Shown here: positions 38,094-45,168 of the stretch, piece after piece | How the letters are laid out: each line of letters starts with the position of its first letter | How positions within the stretch are numbered: the first letter of the stretch is position 1 | Origin: a virus | Taxonomy: Duplodnaviria > Caudoviricetes | Virus record (IMG/VR): IMGVR_UViG_3300010352_001202 | Length of the DNA stretch: 64,000 nucleotides | Direction: 5' to 3' (one strand) | Notes under the pieces: model-generated | Told to the model about the DNA's origin: nothing | Database searches by the model: none | What the model saw: only the letters and a program-made list of their open reading frames with translations | Made by a program: the position numbers and the translations under genes

Positions 38094-38168
38094 GTCCTGT
38101 TCCACTTCGGGTGAGGTGACCTGCCCTTCAAGCAGAGAAGATGGGTTCGACTCCCATACAGGATGCCA
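38094..38168 (+). tRNA. tRNA-Glu(TTC) with C33
   Basis: CTGC-CCTTCAA-GCAG, GCCA end. Confidence 0.75.
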
Positions 38169-38175
38169 AGTTTAC

Positions 38176-38251
38176 GGGTTTGTAACTCAAATGGCTAGAG
38201 TCCTGCCTCTTAAGCAGCGAGATCCCGGTTCGATGCCGGGCGAACCCACCA
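38176..38251 (+). tRNA. tRNA-Lys(CTT)
   Basis: Loop CTCTTAA, ACCA. Confidence 0.85.
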
Positions 38252-38410
38252 AACAACGGTCCGGACAGAGATCCCTAGGATATATTTCCTCTAGACCACC
38301 ATCAAACCGCTTCCACTTGTTTTCTATTGACATATATAAGCCTAGCGGGCCAATTTTGACCTTTCCACATCACTAAATTATATAAGGATAAAAAAAGGTC
38401 TCTTCAAAAT

Positions 38411-38527
38411 GTCGCTGTAGTGTAAAGGTAGCACAACTAAAAAGGTGATCCTGGCAAGGATACATACAGCAATCTACATTCCATTACAAGGAGTAGGTCC
38501 GGTGTTCGATTCCCGCCGGCGGCACCA
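38411..38527 (+). tRNA. tRNA-Val(TAC)-like gene interrupted between D arm and anticodon arm by a 42-nt CAGCAA module (module 3)
   Basis: Acceptor GTCGCTG/CGGCGGC-ACCA, D arm to 38435, insert 38436-38477, ATTCC-ATTACAA-GGAGT, T loop TTCGATT. Confidence 0.75.
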
Positions 38528-38556
38528 TTGACAAGGTTGAGACTGCATGTAATACT
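38528..38556 (+). promoter_or_regulatory. Possible sigma70 promoter for the vWA gene
   Basis: TTGACA followed 16-17 nt later by TAATACT. Confidence 0.5.
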
Positions 38557-38589
38557 TAGTGCTCAACTTACACACCCTGAAAGGTACAC

Positions 38590-39609
38590 ATGAAGAACTA
38601 CATTGGTATTAGTCGTGACCATAGCGGCTCCATGAGCATGATTGCTAATGCAGCAGCCCGCGATTACAACGACAACATCGCTTCCATTAAGGAAGAAGCC
38701 GGCTCGTTCAACATTGACACTATTGTAAGTGTCATTAAGTGTGGAACTGGTCGCCCTGCGCAAAACCGCTGGGATGTTCAGAATTCGAATGTTACGGCGC
38801 TGAAGCCGCTGACTTCGTACATTGCAGACGGTAACTGCACTCCGCTGTTCGACAGCGTGATGATGCTTATCGACCAAATGGAAAGCGTCCCTGACGCAGC
38901 TGATCCTGAAGTTTCGTTCATGGTTATGGTCGTTACTGACGGCCAGGACAATGCTTCAAACACCAAGGGTCCGCAACTGGCGCAACGCATCAAGTCGCTT
39001 CAGGCAACTGATCGTTGGACTTTCGTCTTCCGTGTTCCGAAGGGCGACAAGGCTCCTCTGGTTCGAATGGGTCTCCCGGCAGGTAACATCCTGGAATGGG
39101 AACAAACCGAACGCGGTGTTCAGCAAGCAACTGTTGCTACCAAGTCGGCTATGCGTGGTTTCTACGCTGCTCGCTCCACTGGTGCAACCAGCACTGACAA
39201 GTTCTACGCCGACATGAGCACTACCACCTTGAATGAAGTGAAGGCCGCCCTGGTTGATATTTCCAAGGAAGTGGATGTGTATGTGGTTGATACGAAGAAC
39301 GACGGTGTCTAAATCAAGGACTTTGTGCTTGCGCAAGGTGTTACCTTTACCAAGGGCTGCGCGTTCTATGAACTGAGCAAGACCGAAACTGTGCAAGAAT
39401 ACAAGCAGATCGCCATCCGTGACAAGATTACGGGCGCTGTCTACAGCGGTTTCGCAGCACGAGATTTGCTTGGTTTGCCGCACTACGGTGAAGTAAAACT
39501 TGCTCCGGGCCAGCACGGTCAGTACAACATCTTCGTCCAGTCGACCTCCATCAACCGCAAGTTGGTGAAGGGCACGAATGTGATGATTTGGACTGCTGTA
39601 ACGGTCTAA
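38590..39609 (+). pseudogene. vWA-domain protein with a single in-frame TAA (39310-39312); pseudogene, sequencing error or readthrough
   Basis: MIDAS motif DHSGSM, TPLFD, VVTDGQDNAS; frame continues past TAA (IKDFVLAQ..AFYELSKTE..) with the same codon style. Confidence 0.7.
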
Positions 39610-39769
39610 GAAACATTAGAGTATGAGATGTATTATAACCATATCCACTACTCTACAGAACATAAGATAGATAACCGGGCCTTGATCATGCAAATCTGTT
39701 GTAAAACAGTAGGTTATCCGTAAGTCGCGGAAGTCAGGACGCCGCGTTATAAATGCGTGGCACGAATAT

Positions 39770-39844
39770 GCGGGTGTGGTGTCAGTGGTAGCATCATAGT
39801 CTTCCAAACTAAAGGTGCGGGTTCGATTCCCGCCATCCGCTCCA
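39770..39844 (+). tRNA. tRNA-Gly(TCC)
   Basis: Loop CTTCCAA, U73-CCA. Confidence 0.9.
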
Positions 39845-39860
39845 AATAGAAAGTATCAAA

Positions 39861-40187
39861 ATGTTTAACTGGTTCAAGTTTAAGCCCAAAGAAGATTGGC
39901 GTCTTGTTAAGACTATTGTCGATGATGTATCTCGCAATAGTGGTAAAGAAAAAGGTAAATTCTATTACCATCTGTTTGAATCTAGTCGTGGAAATAGGCG
40001 CGTAGAGTTTGCTTCTACATTTAGCGATCTGGATAAGGAAGCTTTAGAAAAAGCCGGAAAGCATTTTGACACATATCAAGATATGATTTATCGTTGGGAG
40101 CATGGTCGTGTAGATCCTAACATTCCGCGATATGATCAGATCCCCGAAGAAGAGACAGTAAATGTCCTAAAGGGCAAGATTTCGTAA
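39861..40187 (+). CDS. Hypothetical protein
   Basis: 108-aa ORF between RNA genes. Confidence 0.6.
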   Translation: MFNWFKFKPKEDWRLVKTIVDDVSRNSGKEKGKFYYHLFESSRGNRRVEFASTFSDLDKEALEKAGKHFDTYQDMIYRWEHGRVDPNIPRYDQIPEEETVNVLKGKIS

Positions 40188-40209
40188 TTGTGTGAGGCCT
40201 CACACAAAT

Positions 40210-40297
40210 ATTCGCGTAGTTTAAACGAAAACACCTGCTATTAGGGCATTCAGTTGTTCCAGCAGTAGATATGGGGTTTGGACCCATAGCGACTCTA
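40210..40297 (+). tRNA. Degenerate tRNA-like element with enlarged anticodon arm
   Basis: D-like arm GTTT-AAACG-AAAAC, CTGCT/AGCAG stem closing a 21-nt loop, ATGGG/CCCAT arm, no CCA. Confidence 0.35.
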
Positions 40298-40332
40298 TAA
40301 TCGAAGATCGCTTATTAAATGACAACGATAGA

Positions 40333-40551
40333 GTGACATTTAAGATGCATGATCCTCATAGTAACACTGTTAGAAGATCTTATAATTCAGATAACATAGA
40401 TTTAATTGCGTTATATATTCCCGAACTAAAAGAAATAGCTTTAATTCCTATAGACAAGTTTACCACAAATGATGCGGTTGTTAGAGTTAAGGAATTAGTA
40501 GTAAAAAGAAAAAATGCAGCAATATTGTTTTCGGACTTTATTGTATGGTAA
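40333..40551 (+). pseudogene. C-terminal fragment of a PD-(D/E)XK homing-type endonuclease
   Basis: RRSYNSDNIDLIALYIPELKEIALIP resembles the C half of this family; N half absent. Confidence 0.5.
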
Positions 40552-40556
40552 GTTAT

Positions 40557-40631
40557 GCCCGGTTAGCTCAATGATAGAGCAATTGCTTGATAGGCGATAG
40601 GTTGTAGGTTTGACTCCTACACTGGGTACCA
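40557..40631 (+). tRNA. tRNA-Ile(GAT), second copy
   Basis: ATTGC-TTGATAG-GCGAT, ACCA. Confidence 0.8.
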
Positions 40632-40637
40632 AACAAT

Positions 40638-40709
40638 AGTGTATCTCCGTGCGGACTTCAATCCTTGTTGCGGAACGAAGACTAGGTTAGAAACCTATAT
40701 ACACTGCCA
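40638..40709 (+). ncRNA. D-armless tRNA-like RNA with GGA-CTTCAA-TCC hairpin
   Basis: AGTGTAT/ATACACT acceptor + GCCA, TAGG-TTAGAAA-CCTA T-like arm. Confidence 0.5.
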
Positions 40710-40715
40710 GAGTAT

Positions 40716-40781
40716 TGATGTATCCAGTGGCTGTAGGCTTCGACTAGGAGCATAGACTAGGTTCGATTCCTATATACATCA
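40716..40781 (+). ncRNA. tRNA-like RNA (acceptor + T arm), paralog of the preceding element
   Basis: TGATGTAT/ATACATCA helix, AGACTAGGTTCGATTCCTAT. Confidence 0.5.
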
Positions 40782-40792
40782 GACAAAACAAT

Positions 40793-40871
40793 TCCGCAGA
40801 AACCGAGCAAGGTGCATGGTCTTGACTGTTAATCAATGGTTAGAGTGGTTCGATTCCACTGTGCGGAGCCA
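40793..40871 (+). tRNA. tRNA-Asn(GTT)
   Basis: TTGA-CTGTTAA-TCAA, GCCA end. Confidence 0.88.
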
Positions 40872-40880
40872 GATTTTTAT

Positions 40881-40953
40881 ATGTTTATGGTGCAGTGGCA
40901 GCACTCCCTCCTTCCCAGAGGGCGACCGGGGTTCGAATCCCTGTAAACTTCTA
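40881..40953 (+). tRNA. Degenerate tRNA-Gly(TCC)-like gene without CCA
   Basis: CCCTC-CTTCCCA-GAGGG and GGTTCGAATCC; weak acceptor stem. Confidence 0.5.
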
Positions 40954-41052
40954 TAAAACAAATGTAGAGTATTGTGTGGCCACACAATACCTAAGCAGGA
41001 GTATAGCAAGTTCCAAGGGGGAATCGTTTGCATCCTACTCCGAATCTATTAT

Positions 41053-41126
41053 GAGTCATAAGTGTTACGGTAGCACATCAGTCTCCAAAACTGAGGGCCG
41101 GGGTTCGACTCCCTGACGACTCGCCA
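41053..41126 (+). tRNA. tRNA-Trp(CCA)
   Basis: TCAGT-CTCCAAA-ACTGA, G73-CCA; U11-A24. Confidence 0.9.
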
Positions 41127-41176
41127 ACAATCCGACTTTAGCTGATGTGGTCATAGCGCCTGTCATAAATATAATT

Positions 41177-41833
41177 ATGAACTATCGGCAATTTAGTAAT
41201 AAATGGATATGTAATCTTTGTGAGCGATCGTTCTCTAGCAGACAGGCCACTACATCTCATATCTACAGGGCACATACCGAGCCCGGCGTCTCGCTTGGCG
41301 GCCATAAAAAAGGCAAACCCGCATGGAACAAAGGGCTTTCTAAGGAAACAGATGCAAGGGTGGCCGAAAATGCTATTGCGGTTTCCTTAGCAACTAAGGG
41401 TCGTCCGGGACATCCGCAAACAGAGGAATCCAAAAGAAAGATAAGTCTATCTAAGTCTATCAATAATAAGGGCGGCAGATGTAAATGGTTTGAGATTGCC
41501 GGCCAGAAAGTTCAGGGGACTTGGGAACGAGATATTACACTAAAGTTTGAAGAACTTAATATCAAATGGCAGAAGCTAAAAACAAATCAACATACATTTG
41601 ATTATGTAATGGATTCTAAAACAAGATGTTATACACCGGATTTTTATCTTCCGCAATACGGCATATACCTAGAAATAAAAGGTCGCTGGTGGGGTAGAGA
41701 TAGAGAAAAAATGGATATTGTTATGAAAACATATCCTGATAAAAAGATTGTTATTATAGAAAAACAAGATTATGAAAAGATTTTGCGAGGTGAGCTAGTG
41801 TGGTCATTCCAGCGGCTGCCTGAAGAGCAGTAG
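41177..41833 (+). CDS. PD-(D/E)XK homing endonuclease with C2H2 finger and NUMOD3-like motif
   Basis: CNLC..H..AH; AWNKGLSK; YTPDFYLP..YLEIKG. Confidence 0.82.
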   Translation: MNYRQFSNKWICNLCERSFSSRQATTSHIYRAHTEPGVSLGGHKKGKPAWNKGLSKETDARVAENAIAVSLATKGRPGHPQTEESKRKISLSKSINNKGGRCKWFEIAGQKVQGTWERDITLKFEELNIKWQKLKTNQHTFDYVMDSKTRCYTPDFYLPQYGIYLEIKGRWWGRDREKMDIVMKTYPDKKIVIIEKQDYEKILRGELVWSFQRLPEEQ

Positions 41834-41863
41834 AACCAGGTTCGATTCCTGGACCTCGCACCA
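41785..41863 (+). tRNA. tRNA-Phe(GAA), overlapping the endonuclease 3' end
   Basis: GCTGC-CTGAAGA-GCAGT, ACCA. Confidence 0.85.
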
Positions 41864-41943
41864 ACATATTGTTCGATTCCTGGAGGTCGGGCCAGGTTTA
41901 CTCTTCCTCGAGATAAATAAAAGTATAATCTCGGAGAGAAAAC

Positions 41944-42864
41944 ATGAACATTATCAAAAGTGTTTCTATCATTTTAGTTTCAGTAGTTGCGTTAGCTGGT
42001 TGTGCTTCAACACATGATTACCAGATGTATGCGCAAGGACAGGCACAAATCGAAGCAGCAAAGTATGCTGCCGAAGCAGCTCGCTTCAAGGCAATGTCAG
42101 ATATTGCAGCAAGCGGCGATCCAACAGCAAAGGTGGCAGCAGTAGTTGCCCTAGCAATGACAGGCAATGGTTCTGGCGGTAATTCGGGTAATGCAGCTCA
42201 ACTAAGAGCCCCCGAAGCACCTGGACAAACAGCACTTGCGTGGGCAAGCATCTTTGTTCCTGCATTGACACAAGGCTATAGCATCTATTCCAACACAAGA
42301 CTTGGAATGGCACAGAGCAACAACAATGCTCGCGTAGCAGAAAGCACAAACGGTGCATTCCTTGGAATGGCTGGACAAATTCAATCAACAGCAACAAGTG
42401 GTAACGCCGCTCTTGCACAGTTAGGAACATCGAGCAATACTGCTATTACAGCGGTTGCTGGTGCAGGAACACAGGCGCTAACTTCGCTTGCAACTTCGAG
42501 CAACCAGTCGCTTGTATCGCTATCAAGCTTAATTCAAGCACCGCAACCTAATGTAAGTTATACATTGAGCGGTACTGGTGTTCTAGGTAACGGAACATAT
42601 ACAACCACAGCTAACTCGTTAGGTGGCAATGGTGTAATTGGTTCTGGTTCATATAGCACACAACAGAATCCAGTACTGAGCGGAACTGGTGTTATTGGTA
42701 GTGGAACACATAATCCATCTACAGTAACAACACCTGCTCCTGTAGTTATTACTCCTGTTGTAACAACACCACCTGTTGTTATTACACCAGTAAACAATGT
42801 TACTCCAGTAGTTATTACTCCTGTGGTTGTAACACCGCCAGCAGCGGCTGCATCAGCACCGTAA
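41944..42864 (+). CDS. Lipoprotein with low-complexity P/V/T tail
   Basis: Signal peptide with lipobox LAGC; LSGTGVIG repeats; PVVITP repeats. Confidence 0.75.
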   Translation: MNIIKSVSIILVSVVALAGCASTHDYQMYAQGQAQIEAAKYAAEAARFKAMSDIAASGDPTAKVAAVVALAMTGNGSGGNSGNAAQLRAPEAPGQTALAWASIFVPALTQGYSIYSNTRLGMAQSNNNARVAESTNGAFLGMAGQIQSTATSGNAALAQLGTSSNTAITAVAGAGTQALTSLATSSNQSLVSLSSLIQAPQPNVSYTLSGTGVLGNGTYTTTANSLGGNGVIGSGSYSTQQNPVLSGTGVIGSGTHNPSTVTTPAPVVITPVVTTPPVVITPVNNVTPVVITPVVVTPPAAAASAP

Positions 42865-42916
42865 GTTGGTTTAGTATTTTCACATAGTAGGTGCTCTTGC
42901 ACCTACTTTCATTTAT

Positions 42917-42993
42917 GCCCCCGTACGCTAATTGGTAGTGCGGATTGATTTAGAATCAGTTGGTTGGGAGTTCGAATCTGCCCGGGGGTACCA
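42917..42993 (+). tRNA. tRNA-Leu(TAG), short variable loop
   Basis: ATTGA-TTTAGAA-TCAGT, ACCA. Confidence 0.82.
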
Positions 42994-42997
42994 AGTT

Positions 42998-43102
42998 TAA
43001 GGGATGGTTGCAGCAAACAAAAATTACTCTTACCATAATCAAGAGGCCGGCCCGCTGGGGGTGTGTCGTGGGTTCGAGTCCCGGCTTAGACACCTCATCC
43101 CG
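42998..43102 (+). ncRNA. CAGCAA module 4 carrying a CAU-loop hairpin and a T-arm-like hairpin
   Basis: GGGATG/CATCCC stem, CAGCAA 43011-16, CTCTT-ACCATAATC-AAGAG, GGG-TTCGAGT-CCC. Confidence 0.65.
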
Positions 43103-43116
43103 ATTTTATTTGACCG

Positions 43117-43235
43117 TTAGGTTCGTTTCAGCAAACAATATAATTCATCTTCAAAATGAAAGATCTGGGTTCGAATCCCAGCAGTAGGGTTGGTCACTAC
43201 TGTCGTCTAATGGATAGGATATAAATACGAACCTG
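43117..43235 (+). tRNA. CAGCAA module 5 enclosing a circularly permuted tRNA with UCA anticodon
   Basis: AGGTTCG/CGAACCT stem; 3' half 43144-89 (TTCAT-CTTCAAA-ATGAA, CTGGG-TTCGAAT-CCCAG, CAGTAGG-G) precedes 5' half 43196-221 (ACTACTG-TC-GTCT-AATGGATA-GGAT-A). Confidence 0.8.
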
Positions 43236-43248
43236 TTTTTAATTCAAT

Positions 43249-43322
43249 GGTGTTAGTAGTGTAGTGGTAGCAAGCTTGTCTGTGAAACAAGAAGCGAGGG
43301 TTCGATTCCCCCTTTCACCCCA
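43249..43322 (+). tRNA. tRNA-His(GTG)
   Basis: CTTGT-CTGTGAA-ACAAG, G-1/C73, CCA. Confidence 0.88.
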
Positions 43323-43329
43323 ATAGTTT

Positions 43330-43419
43330 GGTTGTTTAGCTCAGACGAGAGCACGGAAGAAACCTCTTAACAATGTTGGTCTCCGGGGTCGCAGAAGTAA
43401 TGCCCTGCAACAGCCACCA
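43330..43419 (+). tRNA. Atypical tRNA-like RNA with extended anticodon arm and abnormal T loop
   Basis: GGTTGTT/AACAGCC-ACCA acceptor, TAGCTCAGACGAGAGC D arm. Confidence 0.5.
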
Positions 43420-43426
43420 AATCGAT

Positions 43427-43526
43427 ACCGTCGTCATTATCCGGAGCAAATCCTTCCGGGTTCTAAATGAACAAGGCGCCTAGATGCTGGCGTATATTAC
43501 AGGTTAGATTCCTGTCGGCGATGCCA
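43427..43526 (+). tRNA. Atypical tRNA-like RNA with enlarged D region
   Basis: Acceptor ACCGTCG/CGGCGAT-GCCA, ACAGG-TTAGATT-CCTGT T arm, GCGCC/GGCGT arm. Confidence 0.45.
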
Positions 43527-43666
43527 GTTGCTTTCCTGTAGTGGCTGTCTTATAATAAATACAGATATATAACTATGCGAGCGTCCTTCCGCTTATCTAC
43601 AATGCTCTAAGGTGCCGCAGCGGAAATGCGGTGAAAATTTGTCGTTATTTCTATCTAAAGAACAAT

Positions 43667-43743
43667 GTGCGTGTGACCCGAATTGGCGAGGGAACAGATT
43701 GCAACCCTGTTATATGTAGGTTCAAGTCCTATCACGCACTCCA
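43667..43743 (+). tRNA. tRNA-Cys(GCA)
   Basis: Loop TTGCAAC, U73-CCA. Confidence 0.88.
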
Positions 43744-43753
43744 AAATTTGATA

Positions 43754-43920
43754 CATTCTACAACGGGTTGCAGAGAGTGCAACATTATCAAACCGCTGTG
43801 GAGGCGTTGGCAGCCCACTATACTCGGAGAGCCATATTCGAGTGTTTAGTCCTTTAATGGATGAGGCCCTCGGCACCCTGTCGGTCTGGTGGAGGCAGGA
43901 TAGAAGCTAACTGTAGAATG
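43754..43920 (+). ncRNA. Candidate structured ncRNA, unidentified
   Basis: Closed by CATTCTACA/TGTAGAATG with several internal hairpins; sits between tRNAs. Confidence 0.45.
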
Positions 43921-43931
43921 AACTATTCAAT

Positions 43932-44008
43932 GCCCCCGTACGCTAATTGGTAGTGCGGTCTGATTCAAAATCATATGGTTGTAGGTTCGAATCCAACCGG
44001 GGGTACCA
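43932..44008 (+). tRNA. tRNA-Leu(CAA), short variable loop
   Basis: Loop TTCAAAA; body nearly identical to the 42917 gene. Confidence 0.8.
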
Positions 44009-44030
44009 AAAATATTACGATAAATATAGG

Positions 44031-44723
44031 ATGATCCTAAATTTAGCAAACGGTAATCTAAGCACGGTATTAGACTTTTCTATACCTACCACACTTCCCG
44101 AAGTAGGAAGTATTAACAACATATCTGTATTTTCGTCCGGCGGACTTGATTCGGGTGCATTGTTATGTTTGATAATGTCGGAACTTAAGGCAACAGGTCA
44201 GCTCGACACATTACCGGTAACCTGCTACACAGGTATAAAATACGACGGTGCAACATATTATGCATCGCGTCTGGTATCAAAGATAGCAGAACATTTTTCG
44301 TGTAACATTATTCATAACAACAATGTCGAAAACGATGTTGTAGAGACAGGCCGATTCAGATTTATTGCATCAACTGAACCCAATACCGTTGTGTATGCAG
44401 GTATCAGTCGAATGGTGCCAGAATCGGTAAAAGAATTTAAGAATAAGCTAAAGGTAAAGTATCCAAACGAATTTGGAAAATACAAGTTTCCTTTTTTGAA
44501 TATGGCAAAGCCACAGATACTAGATATCTATTATAAGCTTGGTTGTGAAGACATTATACAATACACGCATTCGTGTGTAAATTTAGCTGTAAGTAAATGC
44601 AATAATTGCTATTCATGCGAAGAGCGAGCCTGGGCATTTACAGAGTTAATGAAATCTGATACAGGGACTGTGCCACCGGATGTAGTAGACATATCCTACA
44701 ACGGCACTTGGCAAGTTTCGTAA
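44031..44723 (+). CDS. QueC-like N-type ATP pyrophosphatase
   Basis: PP-loop SGGLDS; PFLNMAK.QI; THSC..CNNCYSCEER zinc site. Confidence 0.75.
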   Translation: MILNLANGNLSTVLDFSIPTTLPEVGSINNISVFSSGGLDSGALLCLIMSELKATGQLDTLPVTCYTGIKYDGATYYASRLVSKIAEHFSCNIIHNNNVENDVVETGRFRFIASTEPNTVVYAGISRMVPESVKEFKNKLKVKYPNEFGKYKFPFLNMAKPQILDIYYKLGCEDIIQYTHSCVNLAVSKCNNCYSCEERAWAFTELMKSDTGTVPPDVVDISYNGTWQVS

Positions 44724-44726
44724 CAT

Positions 44727-44822
44727 GGGATCTGTGTCCTGCTCGGCCCTAGGCGCATATGCTGAGAAAGGCTTGGAGTAAGCCGTATAGGCCGGCGGGT
44801 TCGAACCCCGTAGGTTCCACCA
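44727..44822 (+). tRNA. Atypical tRNA-like RNA with Ala acceptor identity
   Basis: GGGATCT/AGGTTCC-ACCA (G3-U70, A73), normal T arm, CTGAGAA followed by an extra hairpin in the anticodon region. Confidence 0.55.
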
Positions 44823-44830
44823 AAGTCAAT

Positions 44831-44873
44831 GGGCCCATAGAAGTCACTATTCTATACACCTTTAGGTCCACCA
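44831..44873 (+). ncRNA. 43-nt minihelix-like RNA with Ala identity and CCA
   Basis: GGGCCCA/TAGGTCC-ACCA enclosing a single hairpin. Confidence 0.5.
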
Positions 44874-44879
44874 AATATC

Positions 44880-44952
44880 GGGCCGCAAAATGCTTGCAAA
44901 CTAAAACTTTTCGGCAGAATTACACCAGGGTCGCGCCCTGGGCGGTCCACCA
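44880..44952 (+). tRNA. Degenerate tRNA-Ala-like RNA
   Basis: GGGCCGC/GCGGTCC-ACCA (G3-U70), CCAGG/CCTGG arm, CTTGCAA but no D arm. Confidence 0.5.
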
Positions 44953-44995
44953 ATAATAGTCTGCGTATGATAAGCAAAGAACAGACCTACTTTAC

Positions 44996-45071
44996 GCCGA
45001 TGTAGCTCAGTGGGTAGAGCGGCAGCCTGAAAAGTTGCGCGTCACTGGTTCGATTCCAGTCTTCGGCACCA
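44996..45071 (+). tRNA. tRNA-Phe(GAA)
   Basis: GCAGC-CTGAAAA-GTTGC, canonical body, ACCA. Confidence 0.93.
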
Positions 45072-45097
45072 ATCACTAAGACATAGTCTTATAAAAC

Positions 45098-45168
45098 GCA
45101 ATAGTAGCTTCAAGGGTAGAGCGCAACCGCAAAGGCGAGGTTATAGGTTCGAGTCCTGTCTATTGTAG
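45098..45168 (+). tRNA. Degenerate tRNA-like gene with collapsed anticodon arm, no CCA
   Basis: GCAATAG/CTATTGT acceptor, D arm and GGTTCGAGTCC present. Confidence 0.45.

Larger units (their letters stand above)
41132..41894 (+). mobile_element. Endonuclease + replacement tRNA cassette inserted into a resident tRNA gene
   Basis: 5' half CCGACTT..CCTGTC (41132-64) and 3' remnant GTTCGATTCCTGGAGGTCGGGCCA (41871-94) have complementary acceptor strands and flank the insert. Confidence 0.75.

Noticed and set aside
38094-38168. Reading this tRNA as a UCA suppressor
   Set aside because: Stem register gives loop CCTTCAA (UUC), and the parallel Glu(CTC) gene has the same C32-C33 loop.
43604-43645. 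Cobalamin-riboswitch-like words (AGGTGCC..GGAAATGCGGTGAAAAT)
   Set aside because: No B12 box or complete fold, and no downstream gene.
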